This document shows, piece by piece, positions 19,245-29,187 of a stretch of DNA of 64,000 nucleotides. Position numbers and translations under genes: made by a program. Source of the stretch: Gemmatimonadales bacterium (lineage in GTDB: Bacteria > Gemmatimonadota > Gemmatimonadetes > Gemmatimonadales > GWC2-71-9); the NCBI GenBank assembly GCA_041577295.1, contig JBFGJG010000002.1, positions 160,001 through 224,000 on the forward strand, in the 5' to 3' direction. Positions within the stretch are counted from its first letter, which is position 1; each line of letters opens with the position of its first letter. Under the pieces are notes generated by a model, which was not told the DNA's origin, searched no databases, and saw only the letters and a program-made list of their open reading frames with translations.

Positions 19245-19430
19245 CTAGCCGAGGCAGCGGAGAGCGCGCTCGGCGCGGGCGAGCTCTCCTTTGATCGCGT
19301 CGAGCAGTGAGTGCTGCAGAGGGGTTTCGGCGCATTCTCGTAGCAGAGCCATGGCACAACGGACGCCGGCAAGCGCCCATGCGGCGTCGCGAAGGGTCGC
19401 GTGACGTAGCGCCTCCGGGCCGTGTGGCAT
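19245..19430 (-). CDS. Possible small helical hypothetical protein (61 aa)
   Basis: Fills the gap between the YhaM-like and archease genes. Amphipathic two-helix sequence. Confidence 0.35.
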   Translation of the reverse strand: MPHGPEALRHATLRDAAWALAGVRCAMALLRECAETPLQHSLLDAIKGELARAERALRCLG

Positions 19431-19515
19431 TGAGATCCAAGGTGTCACGCCAAACACGGTAGCCTGATGCGGCGCGACCGCGTGTACCCTTCCAGCGAGG
19501 ACATGGTCCAAAATC

Positions 19516-19932
19516 GTGTCGTACCGCCATCTGCCCCACACAGCAGACCTTCGCATTGAGATCACCGCCAACCGGCGTGCCGGTTTATTTGAAGACGCCA
19601 CGCAGCTGATTGCTGAGCTCGTGGCGGGGACGAGTCCCGTGGGACGGACCTCGGCGAAACGGATCGAAGTGCAGGGCCATGACACCGCCGAGCTCTTGCT
19701 CAACTATTTGAGAGAACTGCTGTTCTTCTTCGCCACCGAACAGTTCGTTCCCCGTGAGCTCGAGCTGAACGAGCTAGCGCGCGCAAAGCTCGCCGGCACC
19801 GTGCACGGTGAACCGTTCGATCCCTCGCGACACGAGACGCAGCCAGAGGTAAAAGCTGTGACGAGGCACCAACTGGCAGCCGAAGCTATTGATAGCGGCG
19901 GCTGGCGAGCCGAGATCGTGTTTGACCTGTAA
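19516..19932 (+). CDS. Archease
   Basis: HTADLRI, LLLNYLRELLF, EVKAVTRH and terminal IVFDL. Lies directly upstream of rtcB. Confidence 0.92.
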   Translation: MSYRHLPHTADLRIEITANRRAGLFEDATQLIAELVAGTSPVGRTSAKRIEVQGHDTAELLLNYLRELLFFFATEQFVPRELELNELARAKLAGTVHGEPFDPSRHETQPEVKAVTRHQLAAEAIDSGGWRAEIVFDL

Positions 19933-19977
19933 CGTGCAAGCGCGCGCTGTGGGTGTCCCCGCGATAGGTTTACGGTT

Positions 19978-21423
19978 ATGACACCACCACGGATCGAGGT
20001 TGAGCAGATCGATCAGTTCCGGTGGCGGGTGCCGCAAACCGGCGGCATGCGCACCTGGGGACTCATCTTTGCTGACGAGTCACTGATGCGCGATCTCGAG
20101 GGAGATCAGTGTGTGCAGCAGGTAGTCAACGTCGCACACCTTCCCGGGATTCGGGGTCCGTCGATCGCGATGCCCGACATGCACTGGGGCTACGGGTTCC
20201 CCATTGGCGGCGTCGCCGCGTTCGACGAGCGCGAAGGTGTAGTCTCACCGGGTGGCGTGGGCTACGACATCAATTGCGGAGTCCGGCTGCTGCGCTCGCC
20301 AATGACGCTCCAGGAGACGCGGCCTCTCCTGACCCGGCTGATGGACTCCCTATACGAAGGGATCCCTTCCGGCGTGGGAGCCTCACGTTCTGACCTGAAG
20401 CTCTCTCCGAAAGATCTGACAAGGGTGCTCACACGCGGCGCGCAGTGGGCCGTGGACGAAGGGTACGGTGTTTCCAGGGACCTCGAGTGCATGGAGGCAT
20501 CTGGTCGGCTCGAGGGTGATCCGGACGCGGTAAGCAACCGCGCGAAACAGCGGGGAACGAACCAGCTCGGAACGGTCGGCAGTGGGAACCACTTTGTCGA
20601 GGTGGGCTACGTGTCGGAGATCTACGACGAGGCCGTGGCCACTCGTCTGGGGCTGTCACGCAACACGGTGACGTTCTTCATTCATTCTGGCTCGCGCGGC
20701 CTCGGCTATCAGGTGTGTGACGACCACCTCGACCGGATGGTGCGGGCATCGCAGAAATACGGAATCGCGTTGCCCGACAAGCAGCTCTGCTGCGCGCCTC
20801 TGCGAAGCCCCGAAGCGAAGGAGTACCTCGGCGCCATGAACGCGGCCGCCAACTATGCATTCGCCAATCGCCAGCTCATGACGCACTACGTGCGGCGCAC
20901 GCTCCAACGCGTTGTTTCCACCGAAGTGGCCGAGCAAACGGATCTCGTGTACGACGTCGCACACAATATCGCCAAGTTCGAGACCCATACCGTAAACGGG
21001 GAGCGTAGCAGGCTCTGCGTCCACCGCAAAGGAGCAACGCGCGCCTTTCCACCTGGCCATGCCGAGTTGGCACCGCGTTTTCGGGATATCGGGCAGCCGG
21101 TGTTCATTCCGGGCGACATGGGTCGGTACTCATACGTCTTGGTTGGTACAGCGGGTGCTTTTAATGAGACGTTCGGTTCCACCTGTCACGGGGCCGGGCG
21201 ACGCATGAGTCGCACCCAGGCGAAGAAAGCCGCACGCCCGCGCAATGTTCCCAAGGAACTCGAGGCGCGTGGGATCCTCATCAGAGCCGCGAGCCGACGC
21301 ACGGTCGATGAAGAGATCCCCGAGGCCTACAAGGACGTCCGGCAAGTGGTGGACGTCGTCGATGGGGCTGGCATTGGTAAAAAGGTGGTGCAGCTCAAGC
21401 CAATGGGGGTGGTCAAGGGGTGA
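19978..21423 (+). CDS. rtcB: RtcB RNA ligase
   Basis: MPDMHWGYGFPIGG, GYDINCGVR, GSGNHF, HSGSRG, HNIAK, HRKGATRAF and HGAGR motifs. Confidence 0.96.
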   Translation: MTPPRIEVEQIDQFRWRVPQTGGMRTWGLIFADESLMRDLEGDQCVQQVVNVAHLPGIRGPSIAMPDMHWGYGFPIGGVAAFDEREGVVSPGGVGYDINCGVRLLRSPMTLQETRPLLTRLMDSLYEGIPSGVGASRSDLKLSPKDLTRVLTRGAQWAVDEGYGVSRDLECMEASGRLEGDPDAVSNRAKQRGTNQLGTVGSGNHFVEVGYVSEIYDEAVATRLGLSRNTVTFFIHSGSRGLGYQVCDDHLDRMVRASQKYGIALPDKQLCCAPLRSPEAKEYLGAMNAAANYAFANRQLMTHYVRRTLQRVVSTEVAEQTDLVYDVAHNIAKFETHTVNGERSRLCVHRKGATRAFPPGHAELAPRFRDIGQPVFIPGDMGRYSYVLVGTAGAFNETFGSTCHGAGRRMSRTQAKKAARPRNVPKELEARGILIRAASRRTVDEEIPEAYKDVRQVVDVVDGAGIGKKVVQLKPMGVVKG

Positions 21424-21447
21424 GAAAGGCAGTGTGAGGGGCGAGGT

Positions 21448-21491
21448 AAAAAAAGACGGCCGGGCATCCCCGAGGGGATCCCGGCCGTCTT
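21448..21491 (-). terminator. Intrinsic terminator (minus strand)
   Basis: aagacggccggg-atcccc-tc-ggggat-g-cccggccgtc followed by T7. Confidence 0.85.
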
Positions 21492-21872
21492 CGCACTGGC
21501 TACCCGGAGCCAGGGGATTGACTCCCGCTGTTCTTCTTCCTGCTGCCGCCGCGGTTGTTCGACCAGCGGATAGGCACCGCAGGAGCTCCGGCCTCCATCC
21601 ACCAGCGGCCAGGCCAGGCCGTTGGCTTCGCCAGCGCGGGTGCTGCGAGTCCGATCGGGTCGCGGACCGACCTCTCGCACTGCGCACTGAAGCACCGAAT
21701 CAGTGCGGGTGAAGCGCGCGACTGGCCTCACCGGCTCAAGCGAGAGTGACCACCTGGATCGTCAAACGCGTGAGCCCTTGAAAGCTCTACGTTCTCCCCA
21801 GAATTCCTGCTTGAGCCCGCCACGCAGGGCGTGGTCAAGACTCGAAAGTCCCGACTCGATTTCTGCATTGGC
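21448..21872 (-). ncRNA. Candidate large structured non-coding RNA, family unassigned
   Basis: Has its own promoter-like element and terminator. Contains many nested helices, including a UUCG-capped stem with G-U pairs on this strand. No convincing ORF. Confidence 0.5.
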
Positions 21873-21878
21873 ACGCCC

Positions 21879-21907
21879 AATATCGTGGCCGCACAGGAAT
21901 CACGCAA
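21879..21907 (-). promoter_or_regulatory. Putative sigma70 promoter for the candidate ncRNA
   Basis: Minus strand TTGCGT-N17-GATATT. Confidence 0.45.
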
Positions 21908-22084
21908 GCGCCGATATTTATTCGGCTTACGTCCCTTCTTGTGGGTCCCATGTGGATGGATAATTGGTCTGGGGATGCGGAGTTCGGAGGTTTATCCACG
22001 ACGTGTGGAATGTGTGCAAAACCGCTTTCCCGTAATGGTCCACAAACCAACACGAAAAGCGGAGAGGCGAGAGTGAGGGAGGCG

Positions 22085-22705
22085 CTACCCTTCCATTCCT
22101 ACTTCGTCGTACACGTACTGATCTCCAGCCACCAGTGGGGCGAAGAGCAGGCCACCGCCACTGGTTGCAAACCAGCCTGCGAGCAGCACGTTGGAGACCG
22201 CAGGAGCTGGTGCTTGAAAGAGCGCTGCTAGCCAACGTCTTACATGCTTGAGCTCCGGCCCTCGACGCGATAGCAACGAGATGACACTCCCAACCCCCTG
22301 CGTGGCACGGAGAAAATGCGCGATGGCGTGGACGCGTTGCGCAAACTCGTAGGCGCGCACTCCGGGTTCGTCGTATAGAAGCGACCCCTCGTACGGGTCC
22401 GCCGGTGGCGCATCGACCCGCGGTCCGAGGTACACGTAGATTCGCCGTCCATCGCGCCGCCGCTCCACGACCGCCGCGGCCGTCTCGCCAGACAACCGGG
22501 CGGCGTGTAGCACATCCGAATCGTTGAGGATCCCGACGGTCACCGTCCACTCCAACGCGGCCAACGCGTTGTGGAGCGGGCAACCCATCTCCTCGTCGTA
22601 CGCGATGAGGCGCGGTGCCTCACCGGCACGCTGAAAGAACCGACCGAGCGCTTCGGCTCGGTCCGACGTCGCATGGGTCGTTCTCGAAATCGCGGGAATG
22701 GTCAT
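22085..22705 (-). CDS. Hypothetical protein
   Basis: 206-aa ORF with protein-like composition. No family recognised. Confidence 0.65.
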   Translation of the reverse strand: MTIPAISRTTHATSDRAEALGRFFQRAGEAPRLIAYDEEMGCPLHNALAALEWTVTVGILNDSDVLHAARLSGETAAAVVERRRDGRRIYVYLGPRVDAPPADPYEGSLLYDEPGVRAYEFAQRVHAIAHFLRATQGVGSVISLLSRRGPELKHVRRWLAALFQAPAPAVSNVLLAGWFATSGGGLLFAPLVAGDQYVYDEVGMEG

Positions 22706-22870
22706 ATGCTTGCAAAATAACCCGACCGTGATGCAGCGCCTAGGTGTTGGAGCCATTTCCCGTGTGCGGGGTAGAGCTTCTGCGCCCACGTCGCGGGCAC
22801 CGAGACGCCTGCGCGGTCACGCCATACTATCGCTGCGCGTGCAGGCTTGCTAAACTCTGGCCGAGGCTCG

Positions 22871-23455
22871 ATGCGAACATTTCTGCTTGCGTTCACGCTC
22901 CTCGCAATGGCGCCCACCTTGGCACAAGATGGCGACCGACTGCACCGTCGATGGGTCGGTACGCACAGCGGTGGCTCTCTACATTTCGATTTTTACGGCG
23001 ACACGTTGTTGGTGGTGAACGACCGGTTTGCAGTGAACTACCGGGCAACACGTGATTCTATCGTCGTGATGGGCGACACCACCTTCGCAGTATCGTACTG
23101 GTTCGCGCTCGATCGCATGTTGATCCGCACCGCGCAGGACGAAGTGATCACGCTGTCCGAGCAGACCTCCCTCGCCCGACCACTCCACGGACGGTGGCGA
23201 GGGTCCCCGCTTGGATGGACAGACCGTGAGGTGGAACTGGTGTTGAGCCGCGGCGGATCGGCTCGTTGGCGAGCGACACCTGGTGGTGGCTGGAGTCAGG
23301 GCGAGTGGGATCGTGTTACCCGGATGATCACATTTACTTGGCTCCCGGACTCGGTTGTCTGGTCGGGGCAATACGATCCGACGGGGAACGCGCTGCTGTT
23401 CGAAGATGCGCCCCCTGGGGCTGGCATCCTCGTGCTACGCCGCGTGTTTCGCTGA
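22871..23455 (+). CDS. Secreted hypothetical protein with two lipocalin-like beta repeats
   Basis: Signal peptide MRTFLLAFTLLAMAPTLA, and the motifs LHRRWVG and LHGRWRG. Confidence 0.65.
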   Translation: MRTFLLAFTLLAMAPTLAQDGDRLHRRWVGTHSGGSLHFDFYGDTLLVVNDRFAVNYRATRDSIVVMGDTTFAVSYWFALDRMLIRTAQDEVITLSEQTSLARPLHGRWRGSPLGWTDREVELVLSRGGSARWRATPGGGWSQGEWDRVTRMITFTWLPDSVVWSGQYDPTGNALLFEDAPPGAGILVLRRVFR

Positions 23456-23471
23456 ACTCGCCTGCTGGGCT

Positions 23472-24329
23472 TCAGATCACCACAACTGGCGTGACATCAT
23501 TACTTCGCCTGCGGAATGTTTGCTCCGCTCGATCCAGCGCCTGGGCAACGGCGGGGTCGGCGGAATCGGGATACTTGACGCTTGATTCAATCACACCGGT
23601 AAACTGCCGCACCACGACGAGCGCGCGGGTCACCTCGCAGCGGGCGGGATCCGAATCGGTAAACCCTGACGTCAACAGTCCGCGAAAGAACGGCAGCGTG
23701 CGACGATCCGCGAGAACGTAAAGCGATTCGAGCAAGCGGGGGCTCAGAAACGTGCGGAGGTGGAGGTCGCCACGCACCGCGTTGAAGAGCCGGATCAGCT
23801 GAGCGGCTGCACCGTGCTCCGGATAATGACGTGCGGCTTCGGCAGCTGCTCCCAAGAACGCGTGATGTGCCACCGGCGTGAGGTATCGGGCGAATAGCGG
23901 CCACTCGCGCTGGCGATGCCGCTCGGCAAGCCCGAGAAAGGCAAAGTACCGCCGGGCAAGCGGAGCCGTCCCATCGTCCACAACGGTTCTCAGACCGGCC
24001 GGCCCGTAGCGCTGTGCAACCAGTGCAGCGGCCGTCGCGTGCTGGAGACGCTCCAACTCCGGCAGGCGAAAGGTTCGGACTCGCAGCGCCGCTGGCTCGT
24101 CTCCGGCCGCTATGCGCGGCAGGTACTCCAGCAACCCCAGCAAGAGCGCGTCGACTTCTCTCAGCGGAGGCTCCCAGCGTAACACGTCCCTCCGGCGGGC
24201 GCGCCCGAGCGCATCCCACCCGACGTCGGCGACGTCGAGTGCATTCCATCTGGCTTCCAGTCTCGCTGGGGTCTGTGCCGTGGCAAGCTGCCGTAAGGCT
24301 TCGGCGAAGCGATATACCGGTTCCGGCAT
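23472..24329 (-). CDS. Hypothetical helical (HEAT-like) protein
   Basis: 285-aa Ala/Leu/Arg-rich ORF. No family recognised. Confidence 0.65.
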   Translation of the reverse strand: MPEPVYRFAEALRQLATAQTPARLEARWNALDVADVGWDALGRARRRDVLRWEPPLREVDALLLGLLEYLPRIAAGDEPAALRVRTFRLPELERLQHATAAALVAQRYGPAGLRTVVDDGTAPLARRYFAFLGLAERHRQREWPLFARYLTPVAHHAFLGAAAEAARHYPEHGAAAQLIRLFNAVRGDLHLRTFLSPRLLESLYVLADRRTLPFFRGLLTSGFTDSDPARCEVTRALVVVRQFTGVIESSVKYPDSADPAVAQALDRAEQTFRRRSNDVTPVVVI

Positions 24330-24483
24330 AATCAGGAATGTAGGGCGGTCGGCAGCGGGTCGCGAGCGTAGCGTACCATATTGCGCTCCTCCCTCGAGGA
24401 CCTTCTTTTAAGCGGCGACTGCGCGAATCGTCAATGCGTAGCCGCTGCAAATCTGGGGCCGTTTCACATGGGAGAATGAGCGG

Positions 24484-25605
24484 GTGGAGACACGATGTAG
24501 GTTGGCAGTCGTTCCTCTCATCGGGCTCGGGCTCGCCTGTGCGTCGGAGCCAGAGCCGATCCGTATCGGGCTCGTGGGTCCGCTCTCCGAGACGCGGGGC
24601 GAGTCCATGCGTCTCGGTGCTGAGCTCGCGGTAAATGAGATAAACGCGCGGGGTGGCGTTGGTGGTCGACAGCTGCTGCTGGTCGCACGTGACGACAGCG
24701 CCACAGCCGAGCGAGCCGTGCGCATGGCCCTCGAACTCGCCGACACCCCAGGACTCGTGGCGGTAATCGGACATCTCACGAGCACGGCGACTTTGGCAGC
24801 CGCTCCGATTTACAATCGTCCACGCGATCCGGTCGTAGCCATCTCACCCACTTCATCCAGCCCGGCGATTACCGCTGCGGGGCCCTTCACCTTTCGGATC
24901 TGCCCCGATGATGGTGTTCACGGCGCGCGCTTGGCAGTATGGGCAGCCGAGCGGATGTCCGCGCGCACAGTCGCCGTGCTCTACCAAAACGACGATTACG
25001 GACGTGGAGTCCGGCGAGCCTTTACGCAGAGCTTTACGGCGCTGGGCGGAACTGTGATTTCCGACGACCCCTACGTGGACGAACTCCGCAGCTTGGAGCC
25101 TTACCTCTCCCGAGCGGATCGACGAGGAAGACCGGACGGCATCATGGTGGCGGGGACGAGGGCGGGTGCTGAACGCGTCCTGCTCACCCTTGACTCGCTC
25201 GGGCGCCGCCCCCTGGTCTTTGGCGGCGACGGCTTGGCTGGACTCGAAACGTCCACGCTGGTCAATCCGGAAGGTACGTACATCTCGACAGCGTACCTGC
25301 CGGATCTTGCCAGCGAACGCAACACGGCTTTCGTCGCCTCCTACCGGGCGGCGTACCAAGGTCGGGCGCCCGATCACCGCGCCGCCGGGACGTTCGACAT
25401 CGTCTCGCTGTTGTTTCGAGCGCTCGAGGCCGGGAACGTCGACCGCCAGTCATTGCGCGACTATCTCGCTGGAGTCGGAACGGTGACACCGGCGTTCGAA
25501 GGCGTGACCGGCGTGATCGCATTCGACGAGCATGGCGACGTGCCCGCCAAAGAAGTGGTGGTTGGCGTTGTCAGCAACCGTCGTTTGGTTACGGCGGCAC
25601 CATGA
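24484..25605 (+). CDS. Branched-chain amino acid (LivK-like) substrate-binding lipoprotein
   Basis: Lipobox [28 protein letters not shown] and NDDYG. Confidence 0.88.
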   Translation: METRCRLAVVPLIGLGLACASEPEPIRIGLVGPLSETRGESMRLGAELAVNEINARGGVGGRQLLLVARDDSATAERAVRMALELADTPGLVAVIGHLTSTATLAAAPIYNRPRDPVVAISPTSSSPAITAAGPFTFRICPDDGVHGARLAVWAAERMSARTVAVLYQNDDYGRGVRRAFTQSFTALGGTVISDDPYVDELRSLEPYLSRADRRGRPDGIMVAGTRAGAERVLLTLDSLGRRPLVFGGDGLAGLETSTLVNPEGTYISTAYLPDLASERNTAFVASYRAAYQGRAPDHRAAGTFDIVSLLFRALEAGNVDRQSLRDYLAGVGTVTPAFEGVTGVIAFDEHGDVPAKEVVVGVVSNRRLVTAAP

Positions 25606-27305
25606 ACATCCTCGACCGACTGAACACCGTCACGGTCCGCATCGGCATCGCGCAGGCGACGCTGGTTGCTGGCCTCGTGGTGGTGGCACTGATCGGCGTG
25701 GCCGCCCTTCGCACCGTGAGTGAGAGCGTCAGCGAGGAGTTGCAGAACCTCGCGCGTCTCTCCGACGTGAGCAGTGGACTCGTGGTGAGTCTGTTTGACG
25801 AGGTTCGCGCCGCCGAACAGTACCTTACAGACCAATCCGAAGCAGCCCGCAGCACGTTTGCCGCAGCCAGCGAAAACTCGTACGACTTCCAGCGTCGACT
25901 GCGGGCACTCCCCGATCTCACCGAGAACGACCGGTTGGTGGTAAACCGGCTCACCGCGCTCCAGTCGCGGGTAGAGGCGTGGTACTCACTCGCGCACGCC
26001 GAAAACGACCTCGGCCGACGAGAGGCCGCGATCGCCACAGCCACTGCTGGCCGTGCGCCCGCCGACGAGCTGATGGACCTCGTCCGAGAATTCTCCCGAG
26101 TGCAGCGCCTCCGGACCGAGGCGACGGCCCGGTCGCTCGAACGGGCAGCACGCGAGCGGCGGTTTGCGGTGTGGGCGGTGCTCGCGGCGTCGGTCGCCAT
26201 CGCCATTGGGGTGAGTCTCGCCGCCCTTTCGGGAGTCCGCAAACCACTCCTCCGACTCGAAGCTGCCGCAACGCGGTTTAGCGATGGTGATCTTCGCCCG
26301 TTCGACCTGGGTCGAGTGCCGGGTGAGCTTGCGGCCCTGTCGCAAGCCATCGGCCGAATGGGCGCCAAGCTCCGTACTCTCCTAGGTGAGGTGGTGCGCG
26401 AGGGTGAGCGGATCGCCTCCACCGCGGCGGATCTCTCGGCCATCAGTGAGCAACTCGCCGCGACGTCCGGTGAAGTGTCGACAGCCATGGTCGCGATGGC
26501 AGAAGCCGCGGATCGTCAGGTTACGGGGCTCGAGCTGACGGCGGCGGCAACGGAACAACTGCGCGCGGCGGCGCTCGAGAACAGGGACGTGGGTCAGCAG
26601 GTATCCCAGCTCGGTGGTGAGATCCGCCGACTCGCCGAGCGATACCGCCGTGATGTGGGCGGTGCCGCGACGGCGTTGCTCGACCTCGGCCAGGTGGTCG
26701 AGACGAGTGCCGCACAGGTCGAAGAGCTGGATCGGCTTTCCGAAGCGGTCTACGACTTCGTGGACCTCATCAAACGCATCTCGTCACAGACCAACCTGCT
26801 AGCCCTGAACGCCGCCATTGAAGCCGCCCGCGCGGGCGAGCATGGGTTGGGATTTGCTGTCGTTGCCGACGAAGTGCGTCAACTCGCCGACTCGAGCGCA
26901 AATGCGGCCGAAGAGATCTCGAGCACGCTCGAGACGCTGCGAGGAAAAGTGGGTGAGGTCTCGACGACGATGACTACAGGGCGCAGCAAAGTCAGCGGTG
27001 TCGAAAGTGTTGCGCAAGGCGCTGCCAAGGCGCTCGAGACCATCGTGTCGGCCGTGCAGCGCGTGGAAGACGCCGCCGGACGTGTAGAACGGGCAGCGCA
27101 AGACAACTTGGAGGCGTCAGAACGAATTCGGTCGGTGATTTCAGGCATGACCGAGACTGCACAAGGGTATGCATCGTCCAGTCAGGAGGTCTCGGCGGCT
27201 GCACAGGAGCAAGGAGCCTCAACCCAGGAGATGGCAGCACAGGCCGCGCAGCTCAATGAGGCCGCGGATCGACTTCGCGCTGTTGTAAAAGGATTCCGAA
27301 TCTAG
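25602..27305 (+). CDS. Methyl-accepting chemotaxis protein
   Basis: Two TM segments, HAMP domain and [37 protein letters not shown]. Confidence 0.95.
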   Translation: MNILDRLNTVTVRIGIAQATLVAGLVVVALIGVAALRTVSESVSEELQNLARLSDVSSGLVVSLFDEVRAAEQYLTDQSEAARSTFAAASENSYDFQRRLRALPDLTENDRLVVNRLTALQSRVEAWYSLAHAENDLGRREAAIATATAGRAPADELMDLVREFSRVQRLRTEATARSLERAARERRFAVWAVLAASVAIAIGVSLAALSGVRKPLLRLEAAATRFSDGDLRPFDLGRVPGELAALSQAIGRMGAKLRTLLGEVVREGERIASTAADLSAISEQLAATSGEVSTAMVAMAEAADRQVTGLELTAAATEQLRAAALENRDVGQQVSQLGGEIRRLAERYRRDVGGAATALLDLGQVVETSAAQVEELDRLSEAVYDFVDLIKRISSQTNLLALNAAIEAARAGEHGLGFAVVADEVRQLADSSANAAEEISSTLETLRGKVGEVSTTMTTGRSKVSGVESVAQGAAKALETIVSAVQRVEDAAGRVERAAQDNLEASERIRSVISGMTETAQGYASSSQEVSAAAQEQGASTQEMAAQAAQLNEAADRLRAVVKGFRI

Positions 27306-27730
27306 CGGCGCTTAGAGCGCGCCTTCTTCGACGGGGCCGTACGGCGGGCTTTCGAGGCTGCGCTCTTCTTTGAACGGGCAGCCTTCTTTGTGGCCGCGGG
27401 CTTCTTTGTGGCAGCAGGCTTCTTTGTGGCGGCAGGCTTCTTCTTCGCAGTTTTCTTCGTGCTCTTGGGCTTCTTTCCTCGCGCTTTGCGGCCGCGCGAC
27501 GCGGCGGTCACCTCTAGCAGAAGTTGCTCACCCTCGTCATTGCTGATCAGACCGCGCCGCGTAGCGTACTGGACTAGCTCCTGGGCATCCTCCAGCATGA
27601 ACTCCCCAGTCCCGGCTCCCGCGCGGATCATGTTGACGATTGCATCCGCCACGGGGCTGCGAAGCACGCTCGCAATCCCTGGAACGGACTCCAACAGCGC
27701 GGAAATCTGCGAGCCGCCGAGCTCGGGCAC
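27302..27730 (-). CDS. Hypothetical protein with histone-H1-like Lys/Ala tail
   Basis: C-terminal KKPAAT x3 (18-bp DNA repeats near 27380-27445). GGAG RBS before the GTG start. Confidence 0.7.
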   Translation of the reverse strand: MPELGGSQISALLESVPGIASVLRSPVADAIVNMIRAGAGTGEFMLEDAQELVQYATRRGLISNDEGEQLLLEVTAASRGRKARGKKPKSTKKTAKKKPAATKKPAATKKPAATKKAARSKKSAASKARRTAPSKKARSKRR

Positions 27731-27877
27731 GTCCGGTCTCCTCTTGGTGGTTACCTTCGCGCGCCAAGCTAGCCGGTCCAGTGACCGACGTCAAGCGGTG
27801 ACCCAGTCGGTAGGGCAGTGATACAAGTTACTGTGATGAAATAACTTACTGGTGTAGCGTTGGGATCTACGTAGCCC

Positions 27878-28147
27878 TCAACTCACCGGCTTTCGCGGTC
27901 GTACAGCCTCGCGTCGCAGCGACCGGGGCGCACGGCGCCAGAGCCGCCATTCGGACTGAGAGAGGATTTCGCCCAGAACCGCCCGGGTTCGGCGGTCCAC
28001 AGGCATGTCCAGGTGCATCTCGAGTCGGTACTCAGCCTGGTCACCACCCCGTCCCGCCAACACAAACCCCGACTGAGCCGGCTGAACAGCGTCGATCTCG
28101 ATGTCGGCAACCGGGACGAAGTCCTCGGTGGGGGGTTCTGTTGGCAT
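27878..28147 (-). CDS. Small hypothetical protein
   Basis: GGAG RBS and an 89-aa globular-looking ORF. Confidence 0.6.
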   Translation of the reverse strand: MPTEPPTEDFVPVADIEIDAVQPAQSGFVLAGRGGDQAEYRLEMHLDMPVDRRTRAVLGEILSQSEWRLWRRAPRSLRREAVRPRKPVS

Positions 28148-28283
28148 GGGAGGCTCCCGGTGGCAGATCTAGCAAGAGAGTGTGCCCCAATCCGAGGTGA
28201 GTCAAGTGGCTTCTTGGCGTCCTTTGCCACGCCCTCTGGGTTGGAGTAGATTTCGCTGGCTTTCTGGCGGGAGTGAGCGAGAC

Positions 28284-28541
28284 GTGGGACGTCGAGGAAT
28301 CAAGGAGTATCGCGCGGCCGAAGCCCTTCAACTCATTCTAGCCGACCGAGATCGAGAGGGGCTTACCTGCCCATCGTGCGGTCATCGGACCATCGAGCGG
28401 TCGCCAAGACGGCGGCTTCCGAAGGCCCGGAGGGACTCACACCGCCGCGTGACGCTCCGATGTACCAAGTGCGGACGACAGGCCGTCTACGTACCAAGGA
28501 ACGTAACCCAGCCATCCGACAAGGAACTCCTCACCAGCTGA
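28284..28541 (+). CDS. Small zinc-ribbon protein
   Basis: CPSC...CTKC motifs. GTG start inferred. Confidence 0.5.
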   Translation: MGRRGIKEYRAAEALQLILADRDREGLTCPSCGHRTIERSPRRRLPKARRDSHRRVTLRCTKCGRQAVYVPRNVTQPSDKELLTS

Positions 28542-28624
28542 GGCGGAGTTTCCCATACGAGCTGGCGGCTCACTGACCCCGTCTTCGCGGGGTCGGGGTT
28601 CCCTAGTACCCAAAAAACTCTCAT

Positions 28625-29062
28625 TCACCCGATGGCAATTGCGGAGCGCTCGAACGGGCTCTCGAGCACCAGGTCGAGCGAGACCGTACAACCTGCCCGC
28701 CGCGCGGCTTCGACGTGCCCAGTAAGCACGCTGATCCCCGGAACCCGTAGCTTGAGCAAGAATCCCCCGTCACTCAGTTGATGACATTCAAGGACATCGT
28801 CAACCGCACCCCACTGTCTGACCAACCGGTTGGGCACCGTGTCCGCCGCCGGGAGAACCCGAAGAAAAGCCAGTAGGGGCCGCCCCACAGCCTGAGGACT
28901 CAGCGAGGCGAAATAGCCTGTGATCACACCTGCAGACTCGAGCTTCTTCACTCGCTGAAACGCTGCAGGGCCACTTAGTCCAACGGCGTCGCCGAGCTCG
29001 TGATATGCAAGACGACCGTCTCGCTGCAGTAGAGCAAGTATTCTTCTGTCTATTTGATCCAT
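28625..29062 (-). CDS. Lrp/AsnC family transcriptional regulator
   Basis: MDQIDRRILALLQRDGR...VGLS...RVKKLESAGVITGY and VLECH. Confidence 0.92.
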   Translation of the reverse strand: MDQIDRRILALLQRDGRLAYHELGDAVGLSGPAAFQRVKKLESAGVITGYFASLSPQAVGRPLLAFLRVLPAADTVPNRLVRQWGAVDDVLECHQLSDGGFLLKLRVPGISVLTGHVEAARRAGCTVSLDLVLESPFERSAIAIG

Positions 29063-29085
29063 TGCATAATAATATTTTGTAGAGT

Positions 29086-29113
29086 TTGTAAGTTACTTAA
29101 TGTTAACTTACAA
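29086..29113. promoter_or_regulatory. Perfect inverted repeat TTGTAAGTTA-N8-TAACTTACAA (operator-like)
   Basis: AT-rich palindrome about 24 bp upstream of the Lrp/AsnC start. Confidence 0.55.
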
Positions 29114-29187
29114 GGCGATATAGCCACAAGACGTTACGCCTGTCCGTGGCAGCAAGGAAGGGAGAAACGGCTGGGGCTCCTGAGTGA

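Noticed and set aside
21844..21857. GAAAGTCCCGACTC resembling the RNase P RNA P4 motif
   Set aside because: The GAGGAAAGTCC context and the 3' P4 partner are missing. It is better explained as the complement of a UUCG hairpin.
21950..22045. DnaA-box-like words (ttatccacg, tgtggaatg, ggtccacaa)
   Set aside because: Only one close match, about 40 kb from dnaA. Too weak to call a datA/DARS-like site.
24460..24475. parS-like cgtttcacatgggaga
   Set aside because: Four mismatches to the parS consensus and not palindromic.
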